The position numbers and the translations under genes are program-made. This document shows positions 48,353 to 57,891 of a DNA stretch of 64,000 nucleotides, piece after piece. The stretch comes from an uncultured Acidimicrobiia bacterium. GTDB taxonomy: Bacteria > Actinomycetota > Acidimicrobiia > Spongiisociales > UBA11373. The notes under the pieces were generated by a model that was not told where the DNA came from, searched no databases, and saw nothing but the letters and a program-made list of their open reading frames with translations. The DNA is taken from contig CAZEHO010000002.1 in assembly GCA_964511945.1 (NCBI GenBank), positions 18,175 through 82,174 on the forward strand. Reading direction: 5' to 3'. How positions within the stretch are numbered: the first letter of the stretch is position 1; each line of letters starts with the position of its first letter.

Positions 48353-49300
48353 ATGAACCTCGACTGGCTTGACGCCTTCCTGGTCGGTGGCCTCTTCTCG
48401 GTGATGCTGGTCGGTGGGCTCGGCCTGCTGCTCCATCTGCAACTGGGCCTGACCCGGGTCGCCAACTTCGGCGTTGTTGGATTCTGGGGTATCGGGATGT
48501 ACGCCTACGGCGTCCTCTACGTCCAGGTCGACTGGCCGTTCGGCGATCCGTGGCGCTTCATCCTGGCGGCGCTGTTCGGCATCTTCGTTGCCGGGCTGGC
48601 CGGTGCGCTGATCGGCTGGCTGATCGCCGGGATGGACACCGACGGCGTGATGGTGACCACCCTCGGTTTCGCCACGATCGTGTGGATCCTGGCCACGACG
48701 CAGAAGGACCTCACCAACGGAGCGCTCGGCCTGGGCGGACTGCGGTTCCCGTACGACATCGGCTCGGTGAAGTCGAATGAGCTTCTTTGGCTCGGGATCC
48801 TGACCCTCGTCGTGGGCGTGATCCTGTGGTACGTGTGGAAGGTCCACCGGTCCCCGTACGGCCGCATGTTGATCGGTGTCGGCGGCAACGAACCGCTAGC
48901 GCGCAGCCTCGGCAAGCCTGCCTTCCGGTCCAAGCTGTGGATGTTCGCGGTGACCTCGGCCGGCATGGGCTGCCTGGGCGTGATGTTCGGGGTGATGGAG
49001 CGCTTCCTGGAGACCTCCAACCTCGGCATCGACCTGACGCTGGCCGCCTTCGTGGCGCTGGTGCTGGGTGGATCGGCCCGCATCTGGGGCGCGATCGTCG
49101 GTGCGATCTTGTCGATCGGCTTCTTCGACATCGTGGTGCAGTCGTACCTGCCGCTCCCGCTGGAGTGGTACGGCCACACGATTCCGGTATTGCGAGAAGC
49201 AGTGTTCGGAGCGGCACTCATCGTCGTGCTGCTGTACCGCCCGCTCGGCATCCTCGGCGATATGCGGCGTGACAAGCTGATGCGGAGTCTCCATGGCTGA
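48353..49300 (+). CDS. branched-chain-amino-acid-type ABC transporter permease (LivM family)
   Basis: 315 aa polytopic protein adjacent to the LivH-like permease. Confidence 0.85.
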   Translation: MNLDWLDAFLVGGLFSVMLVGGLGLLLHLQLGLTRVANFGVVGFWGIGMYAYGVLYVQVDWPFGDPWRFILAALFGIFVAGLAGALIGWLIAGMDTDGVMVTTLGFATIVWILATTQKDLTNGALGLGGLRFPYDIGSVKSNELLWLGILTLVVGVILWYVWKVHRSPYGRMLIGVGGNEPLARSLGKPAFRSKLWMFAVTSAGMGCLGVMFGVMERFLETSNLGIDLTLAAFVALVLGGSARIWGAIVGAILSIGFFDIVVQSYLPLPLEWYGHTIPVLREAVFGAALIVVLLYRPLGILGDMRRDKLMRSLHG

Positions 49301-50087
49301 TGTGAACGGTGCGATGAACGGTCGACCCCAGATTCGGGTCGAAGGTGCGGTGAAGAGCTTCTCCGGCCGCGTCGTCGTGGACGTCGATGAACTGATTCTG
49401 GGCGACCAGCCCATTGAGGGCTTGATCGGGCCGAACGGCGCCGGCAAAACGACCTTGATGCGGATGATCATGCACTCGACCCCGTTGGACTCGGGGACGA
49501 TCACGTTCTACCCGCAGGGCGCAGACGACGAACCGATCGTGCTCTCCGGCCTGCCCACCCACCGTATGGCCCGCCTCGGAGTGGTGAAGAGCAACCAGGT
49601 CATCATGGACTTCGACAAGCTCACGATCTGGGATTCGCTGATGCTGGCTGTGGCCACCTCGAAGAACGAGCGGCCTCACCGGATCTTCGACGAGCAGTCT
49701 CTGTTCTCCGAGCACGAGGAGCGGATGCGGTACTACCTCGACTACTTCGGGTTCGAGGACCCTGCCGGCTTCGCCGGATCCGCCGGCGACAAGAAACTGC
49801 TCGACATCGTGCGTTGCCTGCTGTTGGAGCCGAAGTTCCTGCTGCTCGACGAGCCCACCGCCGGACTGCCCGACGAACTCACCGAGAAGGTGATGAACGT
49901 GGTCCGCCAACTCGCGGCCAAAGGCACCTCCGTGGTCATCGTCGAGCACGACCTCAACGTCATCTGGAGCCTCAGCGATGAGGTGCACTTCATGGCGGAG
50001 GGAAGCGTGATCATGCGGGGCGCCCCGGAGGACATCCGGGCCCACCGCACCGTCGTCGAGAAGTATCTGGGAGAGGGCCATGTCTGA
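49293..50087 (+). CDS. ABC transporter ATP-binding protein (LivG family)
   Basis: Walker A GPNGAGKTT, signature SAGDKK, Walker B LLLDEPTAGL. Confidence 0.9.
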   Translation: MADVNGAMNGRPQIRVEGAVKSFSGRVVVDVDELILGDQPIEGLIGPNGAGKTTLMRMIMHSTPLDSGTITFYPQGADDEPIVLSGLPTHRMARLGVVKSNQVIMDFDKLTIWDSLMLAVATSKNERPHRIFDEQSLFSEHEERMRYYLDYFGFEDPAGFAGSAGDKKLLDIVRCLLLEPKFLLLDEPTAGLPDELTEKVMNVVRQLAAKGTSVVIVEHDLNVIWSLSDEVHFMAEGSVIMRGAPEDIRAHRTVVEKYLGEGHV

Positions 50088-50796
50088 GCCGGCCGCATCC
50101 ACCATCCTCGAAGCCAAGGGGGTACGGAGCGGGTATCACGGCGTCACCGTGATCAAGGGGCTCGGCTTCGAGGTGACCAACGAGGTCTTCGCTGTCCTCG
50201 GCGCCAACGGCGCCGGCAAGACCACGCTGCTGGCAACCCTGGCACGGCTGATTCCGCTGATGGGCGGTTCGATCAGCTTCCTGGGCGACGACGTCAGCCG
50301 CATTCCCGCCTTTGAGACGGCCGCCCGCGGCATGGGGTATGTCCCACAGGAGAAGGGCACCTTTCCGGACATGACGGTGCTCGAGAACCTGCAGATCGGT
50401 GCGATGATCGGTGAGCGCAGCCGGGAGGAACGGATGCGAGAGGTGTTCGACCTCTTCCCCGATCTCGAGGCGCTACAAGGGCAGCTGGCCGGCACCCTCA
50501 GCGGCGGAGAGTCGCGCATGGTGGCGTGCGGCCGGGCGCTGATGCAGGAGCCCAAGCTGCTGCTCCTCGACGAACCCACCGCCGGGCTCTCTCCGCTCTA
50601 CGTGGACATGTTCTTCGAGAAGATCCAAGAGATTCACGAAGTCAAGGGTGTCGGCATCATCCTGGCCGAGCAGAACGCCACCAAGGCGCTCGAAGTTGCG
50701 GACCGGGTGATGGTGCTCAGCCTTGGCGAGGCGTTCACGGTCATGGACGCCTCCGACCTGACGACCGAGCAACTCAAGGAGGGATACAGGATCTAA
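50080..50796 (+). CDS. ABC transporter ATP-binding protein (LivF family)
   Basis: GANGAGKTT, LSGGESRM, LLLDEPTAGLSP. Confidence 0.9.
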   Translation: MSEPAASTILEAKGVRSGYHGVTVIKGLGFEVTNEVFAVLGANGAGKTTLLATLARLIPLMGGSISFLGDDVSRIPAFETAARGMGYVPQEKGTFPDMTVLENLQIGAMIGERSREERMREVFDLFPDLEALQGQLAGTLSGGESRMVACGRALMQEPKLLLLDEPTAGLSPLYVDMFFEKIQEIHEVKGVGIILAEQNATKALEVADRVMVLSLGEAFTVMDASDLTTEQLKEGYRI

Positions 50797-50847
50797 TGAC
50801 TCTGATGACCTCCAACCTGAAAGCATGAAACGGGAGGAAGGAAAGAA

Positions 50848-52284
50848 ATGACAAGACGCACTATCAAGATGGCACGGGTGATTGCGGTTCTGCTCGTGCT
50901 CTCTTTGATTGCGGCAGCTTGTGGAGATGACGACGACGCCGCCGATACCACGGCGGCGCCGGCGACCACGGCTGCTCCGGCGACCACGGCCGCTCCGGCA
51001 ACCACGGCCGCTCCGGCAACTACGGCCGCTCCGGCAACCACGGCTCCGGCCGCTGGTGATGTACCGGTGTGTGAGCTTGCCTACTTCACGGGTGAGTTCG
51101 CCGCATACGGCGAGTCGCTGACCGCAGACATCGCGTTCCCGCTCTCGATCATCAATGAGGATCCGCCGCTTGGGCGGAATTGGAACCTCATTTCCGAGGA
51201 CATCGGGACCGTGGGTGAGGGCCAGGCGGCCCGGACTTGCGTCGAGGTGCACGACGCCGAAGTCATCGTTTCGATGGCGCACGGCTACCGCACCTATCGC
51301 GACTTCATGCTGGAGTGGATCGCTGAGAACGATCGGCCTATCGGCCCGACCGTCCACGGCGGGACCATCCCGGGCAACCTCGGCGGCAACGCTGCTGAGC
51401 CGCTGTTCCGTGCTCAGGGTCTGGATGAGGCGCTTGGCTTCTCCGGCATTCTGAAGGCGCAGGACTACGGCGCCCAGACGATCGTGATCTTCGCGACCGA
51501 GGTTGAGGGCTTCCAGCTGGCAGCCGGCTCTGCGGAGCAGGCGGCGGCAGCCGTTGGGATCGAGGTGCTGGCACGCATCGACGTTCCCGCCGAGCAGCCT
51601 TCATATCGTGCTGAGGCCGAGCGGATCGCCGAACTGGCCCCGGATGCAGTGGTCGCGCAGGCAGGCTCGGTTGAGTCCGCCACGCTGATCAACGCTGTGG
51701 CAGAGGCTGGATTCTCGACCCACTGGATCGGTGAGTCGGGCTGGATTCAGCCCGAGTTCGTTGGTGGTCTCGCCGAGGGCGTCATTGCCGGACAGATGAG
51801 CATCGGCCTTGCCGGCATCGCCTTCCGCGATGACATCCCGGCTTGGGACTTCTATGAGGCGGCCTACCTGGCCTCCGACATCCCGCCCGAGGGGCAGGAA
51901 GACCCGACCGGCATCTATCACTACACCACCTACGACCTGATGGTCCAGACGGCACTCGCCGTTGAGTACGCAGGCACCACCGCAGCCAGCGCGTGGGCAC
52001 CTGCGATGTTCGAGGTCGGTTCGGCCCCCGGCACCGTGTGCTACACGTACCCGGACTGCCTGGCGCTGATCAGGGCCGGCGAAGACATCGACTATGAGGG
52101 CGTCACCGGATCCGGCGACTACACCACCGGTGGTGTGAACTCCCAGAACCAGTCCTACGTTGGGTTCAACGACGACGGCACTCCGATGGAGCAGGAAATC
52201 TTCGATTTCGCCCGTGTCGAGGAACTGACCAACCTGGCGGCCGTTCTGGCCGAGTGTGACGCCGACAACGTCTGCACCTGGTAA
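50848..52284 (+). CDS. ABC transporter substrate-binding lipoprotein (LivK/periplasmic-binding type I fold)
   Basis: Lipobox LIAAACGDDD, a (TTAAPA)x5 linker, then a type I PBP fold. True substrate unknown. Confidence 0.8.
   Translation: MTRRTIKMARVIAVLLVLSLIAAACGDDDDAADTTAAPATTAAPATTAAPATTAAPATTAAPATTAPAAGDVPVCELAYFTGEFAAYGESLTADIAFPLSIINEDPPLGRNWNLISEDIGTVGEGQAARTCVEVHDAEVIVSMAHGYRTYRDFMLEWIAENDRPIGPTVHGGTIPGNLGGNAAEPLFRAQGLDEALGFSGILKAQDYGAQTIVIFATEVEGFQLAAGSAEQAAAAVGIEVLARIDVPAEQPSYRAEAERIAELAPDAVVAQAGSVESATLINAVAEAGFSTHWIGESGWIQPEFVGGLAEGVIAGQMSIGLAGIAFRDDIPAWDFYEAAYLASDIPPEGQEDPTGIYHYTTYDLMVQTALAVEYAGTTAASAWAPAMFEVGSAPGTVCYTYPDCLALIRAGEDIDYEGVTGSGDYTTGGVNSQNQSYVGFNDDGTPMEQEIFDFARVEELTNLAAVLAECDADNVCTW
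50947..51046 (+). repeat. 18-nt tandem repeat (~5.5 copies) encoding the (TTAAPA)n linker of the SBP
   Basis: acc acg gcS gct ccg gcR repeated head-to-tail. It creates the artefactual VVAGAA ORF on the opposite strand (50793..51041). Confidence 0.8.
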
Positions 52285-52377
52285 ACGACCGCTGATCGAG
52301 CAACTGAGCGACTGAATGCAGCGGCAGCGGGGAAACCCGCTGCCGCTGCTTCACAAGCGGGGCGAGAGGGGATCGGC

Positions 52378-52773
52378 GTGGGTCATCTGCTGCACCATAT
52401 TCACATCAAGTCGAAGGATCCGCGTGCCAGCGCCCGTTGGTGGGTGGACATGTTCGGCGCCACGATCAAACCCGAGTTGGAGTTCGGTCCGATGCTGTTC
52501 GCCCCGGTGGAACTGGACGGCGTTCAGATCAGCTTCACCGGGCCGGCGCCCGGCGAGGACGATGTGATCGCCGACCCACCGGCCGTGCCGTACTACGGCC
52601 TGGAGCACATCGGGTTGATGACCGACGACCTGGATCGGGATCTGGCCCGCTTCGAGGAACAGGGCCTCACCGTCTACGAGCGGCGCCCGGGTGCAGGTGG
52701 CTTCGAGATCGCCTTCGTGGCGACGCCAGACGATGTATATGTGGAGTTGCTCCAGGCTCCGAAGGGGGACTGA
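52378..52773 (+). CDS. VOC-family (glyoxalase/bleomycin-resistance/extradiol dioxygenase fold) protein
   Basis: 131 aa, MGHLLHHIHIKSKDPRASARWWVDMFGATI N-terminal beta-alpha-beta-beta-beta module. Confidence 0.75.
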   Translation: MGHLLHHIHIKSKDPRASARWWVDMFGATIKPELEFGPMLFAPVELDGVQISFTGPAPGEDDVIADPPAVPYYGLEHIGLMTDDLDRDLARFEEQGLTVYERRPGAGGFEIAFVATPDDVYVELLQAPKGD

Positions 52774-52775
52774 TC

Positions 52776-53660
52776 GTGCAGCGGCTGAGGAGTTTTGCGT
52801 ATCACGAGCCAACGACCCTGGCCGAAGCCGTATCGGTTCTCACCGCAGCTGGGGATGACGTCCACGTGCTGGCCGGAGGCACGGATCTGGTGGTGGACAT
52901 GAAGACCGGGAGGATGCGGCCGAACACCGTTGTCAACCTCAAACGCATTCCCGGAATGACCTTGATCGAGGCCGTGGATGGTGGGACCCGCATCGGCGCG
53001 CTTACCAAGGTCACCGACATCGAAGCCTCTTCACGGGTCCAGGAGGAGCATCCGGCTCTGGCCCAGGCTGCCGCGGTGCTGGCATCACCCCCGGTTCGGG
53101 CGCTGGCGACGATCGGCGGCGGGATTGGACGGGCATCACCGGCTTCGGACCTGGCGCCACCGCTGATCGTGCTGAACGCGGTCGCGACGATCGAGGGGCC
53201 CGGCGGTCCCCGGGAGGAACCGGTCGAGGACCTGTATGCCGGACCTGGAATCACCACCTTGGACCCGGCCGACATCATCACGTCGGTGTTCCTGCCGGAG
53301 CGTGCGCAGCGCAGCGGCTCGGCGCATCTGAAGATCGGTGCTCGGGGCGGGGGCACCGATATCGCCATCGTGGGGTCGTGTGCCGCCGTGGTGCTGGGTG
53401 ACGGGCTGGTCGTTGAGGATGCCCGCATCGTCCTGGCCTCGGTTGCTCCGGTGCCGCTCCGAGCCCGTGCCGCCGAGGATGCGCTGCTCGGCGAAATCGC
53501 GACTGAGGAGGTGATCGGCGGCGCCGCCGACCTTGCGGCCGCGGCCTGCACTCCGATCACCGACCTGCGGGGAACCGCCGAGCACCGGCTGGTGCTGGCC
53601 CGGGTCCTCACCCAGCGAGCGCTTCGGGCGGTGGTGGCCATGGCTGAGGAAGCTTGCTGA
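52776..53660 (+). CDS. xanthine-dehydrogenase-family FAD-binding (medium) subunit, CoxM/CutB-like
   Basis: GTG at 52776 just after the VOC stop. FAYHEPTTLAEAV...LAGGTDLVVDMK FAD-binding motif, CO-dehydrogenase flavoprotein C-domain. Confidence 0.85.
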   Translation: MQRLRSFAYHEPTTLAEAVSVLTAAGDDVHVLAGGTDLVVDMKTGRMRPNTVVNLKRIPGMTLIEAVDGGTRIGALTKVTDIEASSRVQEEHPALAQAAAVLASPPVRALATIGGGIGRASPASDLAPPLIVLNAVATIEGPGGPREEPVEDLYAGPGITTLDPADIITSVFLPERAQRSGSAHLKIGARGGGTDIAIVGSCAAVVLGDGLVVEDARIVLASVAPVPLRARAAEDALLGEIATEEVIGGAADLAAAACTPITDLRGTAEHRLVLARVLTQRALRAVVAMAEEAC

Positions 53661-54124
53661 TGTTCGATCTCACCTTCTCCGTGAACGGTCGGCAGCGCAC
53701 CGTTTCCGTCGAGGGACGGACCACCCTCCTCGAGGTGCTCCGCGAATCCCTACTGCTCACCGGTTCCAAGGAAGCGTGCGGTGTCGGTGAGTGCGGCAAC
53801 TGCATGGTCCTGGTGGACAACCAGGCGACGCCGTCGTGTCTCGTCCTGGCGGCCGACGCGGCCGACCGAGATGTCGTCACCATCGAAGGAATCGCGGCGG
53901 ACGGCGTGCTGGACACGGTGCAGCAGGCATTCGTCGACGCCGGCGCCTTCCAATGCGGGTTCTGCACCCCCGGCATGGTGGTGACCGCCAAGGCATTGCT
54001 TGACGAGAACCCCGAAGCTGAGCCCGATGAGATCAAGCAGGCACTGTCCGGGGTGTTGTGTAGGTGCGGCTCGTATACCAAGATCATGGCCGCATTCGAT
54101 GCACTGACCGGGAGGGGGTCCTGA
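53654..54124 (+). CDS. (2Fe-2S)-binding small subunit, CoxS/CutC-like
   Basis: CGVGECGNCMV plant-type ferredoxin cluster and CGFCTPGMV second cluster. Confidence 0.9.
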   Translation: MLMFDLTFSVNGRQRTVSVEGRTTLLEVLRESLLLTGSKEACGVGECGNCMVLVDNQATPSCLVLAADAADRDVVTIEGIAADGVLDTVQQAFVDAGAFQCGFCTPGMVVTAKALLDENPEAEPDEIKQALSGVLCRCGSYTKIMAAFDALTGRGS

Positions 54125-56421
54125 TGGTCACGACGCATGTCGGTGAATCCGTTGAACGGGTGGACGCGCGGGAGAAGGTGACCGGCGCCACCGTCTACGG
54201 GGTAGACGTCGCCCTGCACGGGATGCTCCATGGCGCCGTGGTCCGCAGCCCGCATGCTCACGCCCGGATCGTTTCGATCGATACCTCGGCAGCGGACGCC
54301 GCTCCCGGGGTCGAGGCAATCGTGACCGGACGAGACTTCCCCTTCCTCTTCGGTGCCAGCACCAAGGACCAGCCCTTCCTGGCCATCGACCGGGTTCGCT
54401 ACATCGGTGAGCCGGTGGTCGCTATCGCGGCGGAAACCGAAGCGCAGGCCCAGGAGGCCGTCGAGCTGGTGAAGGTGGAGTACGAAGAGCTTCCGGCCGT
54501 TGTCGACATGATGGAAGCGCTGGAGGACGACGCGCCGCTGGTCCATCCCGACCAGCACACCTACGAGTCGGATGGGCACGTCATCGTGCCGCACACCAAC
54601 GTCAACACACTGTGGACGTTCGAACGCGGCGATGCCGAAGCCGGGTTCGAGGGAGCCGACCTGGTGGTCGAGCACACGTTCTCGGCGCATGCCTTGAGCC
54701 ATGCTGCGCTCGAGCCGCACGTCTCGGTCGCCCAGTACGACCCGGGGACCGGGGCCTACACACTGTGGATCCCGACCGACCGCCCCTTCCAGATGCGCAG
54801 CGAGCTGACCGCTGCACTCGGGGTGCCGACCGACAAGATGCGCCTGATCGTGGCCGGTGTCGGCGGATCGTTCGGCGGCAAGAACACGCTCATCTCAGAG
54901 GCGATCTCGGTCGCTCTCGCCCGCTACGCCGGTGGGCGTCCGGTGCGGGTCGAGTTCACCCGGGCCGAGGACCTGGTGGCGACAGCCACACGGGTGCCGG
55001 CGATCATGACGCTCAAAACCGGCGTGATGATTGACGGCACCATCGTGGCCAGGACCGCCGACATCCTGTGGGACAGCGGGGCGTACACCTCCAACACCGT
55101 CGGGGTGGCGATTCGCGGTTCGAGCACCGTATTCGGGCCCTACCGCTGCCCCAACCTGGAGCTGCGGGCCCGCCAGGTGTACACCAACCGGGCGATCAGC
55201 GGGTCGTACCGGGGGTACGGCACCACCCAGGTGACCTGGGCGTGCGAGTCGCAGATGGACATCATCGCGGCCGAGCTGGGGATCGACCCGCTCGAGTTCC
55301 GGGTGCGCAACGGTTATCAGGAGGGCGACCCCTACGTCAACGAGCAGGTGATGCACGGCGTCGGGTTGATCGAGTCGCTGGAGCGCACCGCCGAGGAGAT
55401 CGGCTGGGGTGACGTGGATAGGGCTCCGGCGCCGCATCTGCGGCGCGGCAAGGGCATCGCCACGATGATCAAGCCGACAGCCACACCCACCAGCTCCAAT
55501 GTGATGATGAAGATCGAGGAGGACGGCCGGGTGACGGTGATGGCCTCGGCGCCCGAGATCGGTTCGGGCCAGGCCACCGTGCTTGCGCAGATGACCGCCG
55601 ACGCCATCGGGGTACCGATCGACAGCGTGATCGTCTCCGATACGGACACGGCCACATCGCCGTTCAACGGACCGGTGGCGTCGAGCCGCACCACCTACCA
55701 CGTGGGCAACGCGATCATCACCGCCGGCTCCGAGGTGCGGGAGAAGATTCTCGAAGCGGCCGCGGACATCCTCGACCTGGACATCGCCGGGCTCGATCTG
55801 GTCGACGGCCAGATCCTGGAGAACGGTGCTCCCGTGAAGCCGCTCAGCGAGCTGTTCGGCGGGTTCGGCTACGTCGATGGGTACTCAATCACTGCCGAAG
55901 CTCGCTTCTCGACGAAGGGATCGCCCCTGTTGAAGGCGGCGCCCCCGTATGAGTGGATGAGCAGCATCTTCTGGATGTTCGCCACCCACGCCGTCGAGAT
56001 CGAGGTCGACATCGAGACCGGGGTGCTGCGAGTGGTCAAGGTCGCCGCGGCACAGGACGTCGGCAAGGCGATCAACCCGATGACCGTGGAGCAGCAGATC
56101 GAGGGCGGCGTGATCATGGGGCTGTCGAACGCGATGTTCGAGGAGTTCAAGGGCTCCGACGGCAGGATCGACAACTCCAGCTTCGCCGATTACAAGGTGG
56201 CGACGCTGCCGGACCTTCCCGAGATCGTGCCGATCATCGTGGAATCGCACCATGCCGAGGCCCCGTGGGGCGCCAAGGGGGTGGGCGAGCCCGGCGCTGC
56301 TTCAACTGCTCCCGCCATTGCCAATGCCCTCTTCGACGCGATCGGGATCCGGATCACCGACCTCCCGATCACGCCGGAGAAGATCGTGGCCGCGATTCGG
56401 GAGCGCGATGCGCAAGACTGA
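54124..56421 (+). CDS. xanthine-dehydrogenase-family molybdopterin-binding large subunit
   Basis: ATG at 54124 (TGATG overlap). 765 aa with Ald_Xan_dh_C/C2 domains. Has the generic GSYRGYGTTQ loop, not the form-I CO-dehydrogenase AYRCSFR loop. Confidence 0.9.
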   Translation: MVTTHVGESVERVDAREKVTGATVYGVDVALHGMLHGAVVRSPHAHARIVSIDTSAADAAPGVEAIVTGRDFPFLFGASTKDQPFLAIDRVRYIGEPVVAIAAETEAQAQEAVELVKVEYEELPAVVDMMEALEDDAPLVHPDQHTYESDGHVIVPHTNVNTLWTFERGDAEAGFEGADLVVEHTFSAHALSHAALEPHVSVAQYDPGTGAYTLWIPTDRPFQMRSELTAALGVPTDKMRLIVAGVGGSFGGKNTLISEAISVALARYAGGRPVRVEFTRAEDLVATATRVPAIMTLKTGVMIDGTIVARTADILWDSGAYTSNTVGVAIRGSSTVFGPYRCPNLELRARQVYTNRAISGSYRGYGTTQVTWACESQMDIIAAELGIDPLEFRVRNGYQEGDPYVNEQVMHGVGLIESLERTAEEIGWGDVDRAPAPHLRRGKGIATMIKPTATPTSSNVMMKIEEDGRVTVMASAPEIGSGQATVLAQMTADAIGVPIDSVIVSDTDTATSPFNGPVASSRTTYHVGNAIITAGSEVREKILEAAADILDLDIAGLDLVDGQILENGAPVKPLSELFGGFGYVDGYSITAEARFSTKGSPLLKAAPPYEWMSSIFWMFATHAVEIEVDIETGVLRVVKVAAAQDVGKAINPMTVEQQIEGGVIMGLSNAMFEEFKGSDGRIDNSSFADYKVATLPDLPEIVPIIVESHHAEAPWGAKGVGEPGAASTAPAIANALFDAIGIRITDLPITPEKIVAAIRERDAQD

Positions 56422-56452
56422 CAACGGAATCGAGGGGGAGAAAGGGCCTGGG

Positions 56453-57439
56453 ATGAAGCTCTACACATTCCGGGTGGGGACTCCACTCGGCCCGAAGGTA
56501 CGCATTGGAGCCGAGCTGGATGGCCGTCTCGTCGATCTGAACAGCGCGGCCGCGTTCACATTCCGCGACGATGGCGAACCCGACTGGCGCGAATACGCCG
56601 ACTTTCTGGTGCCACCCGACATGGTGCGGTACCTCGAACGCGGCGACAAAGCGAAGCGGGCGGTTGAGACTGCTCTGGGGACCGTTTCGGCGGCCGGCCC
56701 CGACGAGGCGGACCCGGCCATCGGGAGGCTCACGTACGGCTTCGACGAAGTCGGTTTGATGGCGCCGGTGCCGCGGCCCAACATCGTGTGGGACTCCATG
56801 GTGTTCCTCGAGCACGTGAAGATGGGGCGGCCGGTCATTCCCGACGCGTTCTACGACCACCCGCCGTACTTCACCCAGAGCGGCGCCATCGTCGCCGGGC
56901 CCTTCGACCCGATCGTCAAGCCGCGGTTCACCGAGCAGCTGGACTTCGAACTCGAGTTCGGCATTTACATCAGCAAGGCCGGGATCAACATCGCGGTGGA
57001 CGAAGCCGAGGAGCACATCGCCGGATTCACCATCTACAACGATGTCTCGGCCCGCGATGTCCAGTTCCGTGAGATGGAGATGATGCTGGGCCCGGCGAAA
57101 GGGAAGAACTTCGAGGGCTCAAACATCATGGGACCCTGCCTGGTGACCCCCGACGGGCTCGATTACAACAACATGCGGATGGTGGCCCGGATCAACGGCG
57201 ACAAGGTCGTCGATGACAACTCATCGACAATGCACTACAAGTTCCCTGAAATCATCTCGTGGATCTCCGAGGAGGAGATGCTGTATCCGGGCGACTTCAT
57301 CGCTTCGGGGACGTGCGACCACGGCACGGGACCGATGTCGGACTTCCCCCGTTGGCTCGAAGTCGGCGATGTGGTCGAGTTCGAGATCGAGGGGATCGGC
57401 ATCATCCGCAACGAGGTCGTCGCGGCGCCCGAGCGTTAA
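56453..57439 (+). CDS. fumarylacetoacetate hydrolase (FAH) family protein
   Basis: 328 aa from the ATG at 56453 (MKLYTFRVGT...). FAH-fold C-terminus with the metal-binding E/D pattern. Confidence 0.85.
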   Translation: MKLYTFRVGTPLGPKVRIGAELDGRLVDLNSAAAFTFRDDGEPDWREYADFLVPPDMVRYLERGDKAKRAVETALGTVSAAGPDEADPAIGRLTYGFDEVGLMAPVPRPNIVWDSMVFLEHVKMGRPVIPDAFYDHPPYFTQSGAIVAGPFDPIVKPRFTEQLDFELEFGIYISKAGINIAVDEAEEHIAGFTIYNDVSARDVQFREMEMMLGPAKGKNFEGSNIMGPCLVTPDGLDYNNMRMVARINGDKVVDDNSSTMHYKFPEIISWISEEEMLYPGDFIASGTCDHGTGPMSDFPRWLEVGDVVEFEIEGIGIIRNEVVAAPER

Positions 57440-57444
57440 CCGGG

Positions 57445-57747
57445 CTACTCGACCTCGGTGAGCACGATCACGCCGATCGGCTCGTCGAGCAGGTCCGGGA
57501 TCTCCGCCCGGTACGCCTTGTAGTGGTCGGTGGCGCGGTGTGCTTCGAGGGCGGCCTGGTTGGTGTAGCGCTCGATGAGATGGAAGGTTGTACGTCCGTC
57601 CGATTCGGCCTGGTAGAGGTCGTACACCTCGTTGCCGGGCTCCCGGCGGGTAGCGGTGCGCATCCGGCGGAGGATGGCGGCGGCGGCTTCGGTCTGTCCC
57701 TCGCCTGGAACAAAGCTGGCGAAGACCATCACTGGTTGATCGGACAT
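57445..57747 (-). CDS. antibiotic-biosynthesis-monooxygenase (ABM) domain protein
   Basis: 100 aa ferredoxin-like ABM fold (VMVFASFVP...TFHLIERYTNQAALEAH). Confidence 0.8.
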   Translation of the reverse strand: MSDQPVMVFASFVPGEGQTEAAAAILRRMRTATRREPGNEVYDLYQAESDGRTTFHLIERYTNQAALEAHRATDHYKAYRAEIPDLLDEPIGVIVLTEVE

Positions 57748-57891
57748 CGTGCTCCTTGCAGCGTTGCTGGCTGCAGGCTACCGAGGTGGGGGAGGGGAAG
57801 GCCCGGATCGGCCCGGCAGGTTGTCCGGGTCGGATCGATGGCTGCGCATCGCGGGGTCAACGCCCGAATCTCCCATCGGTAGATTGGCCGT

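Noticed and set aside
50793-51041. Minus-strand ORF encoding (VVAGAA)n
   Set aside because: Produced by the 18-nt tandem repeat inside the SBP linker; not a gene.
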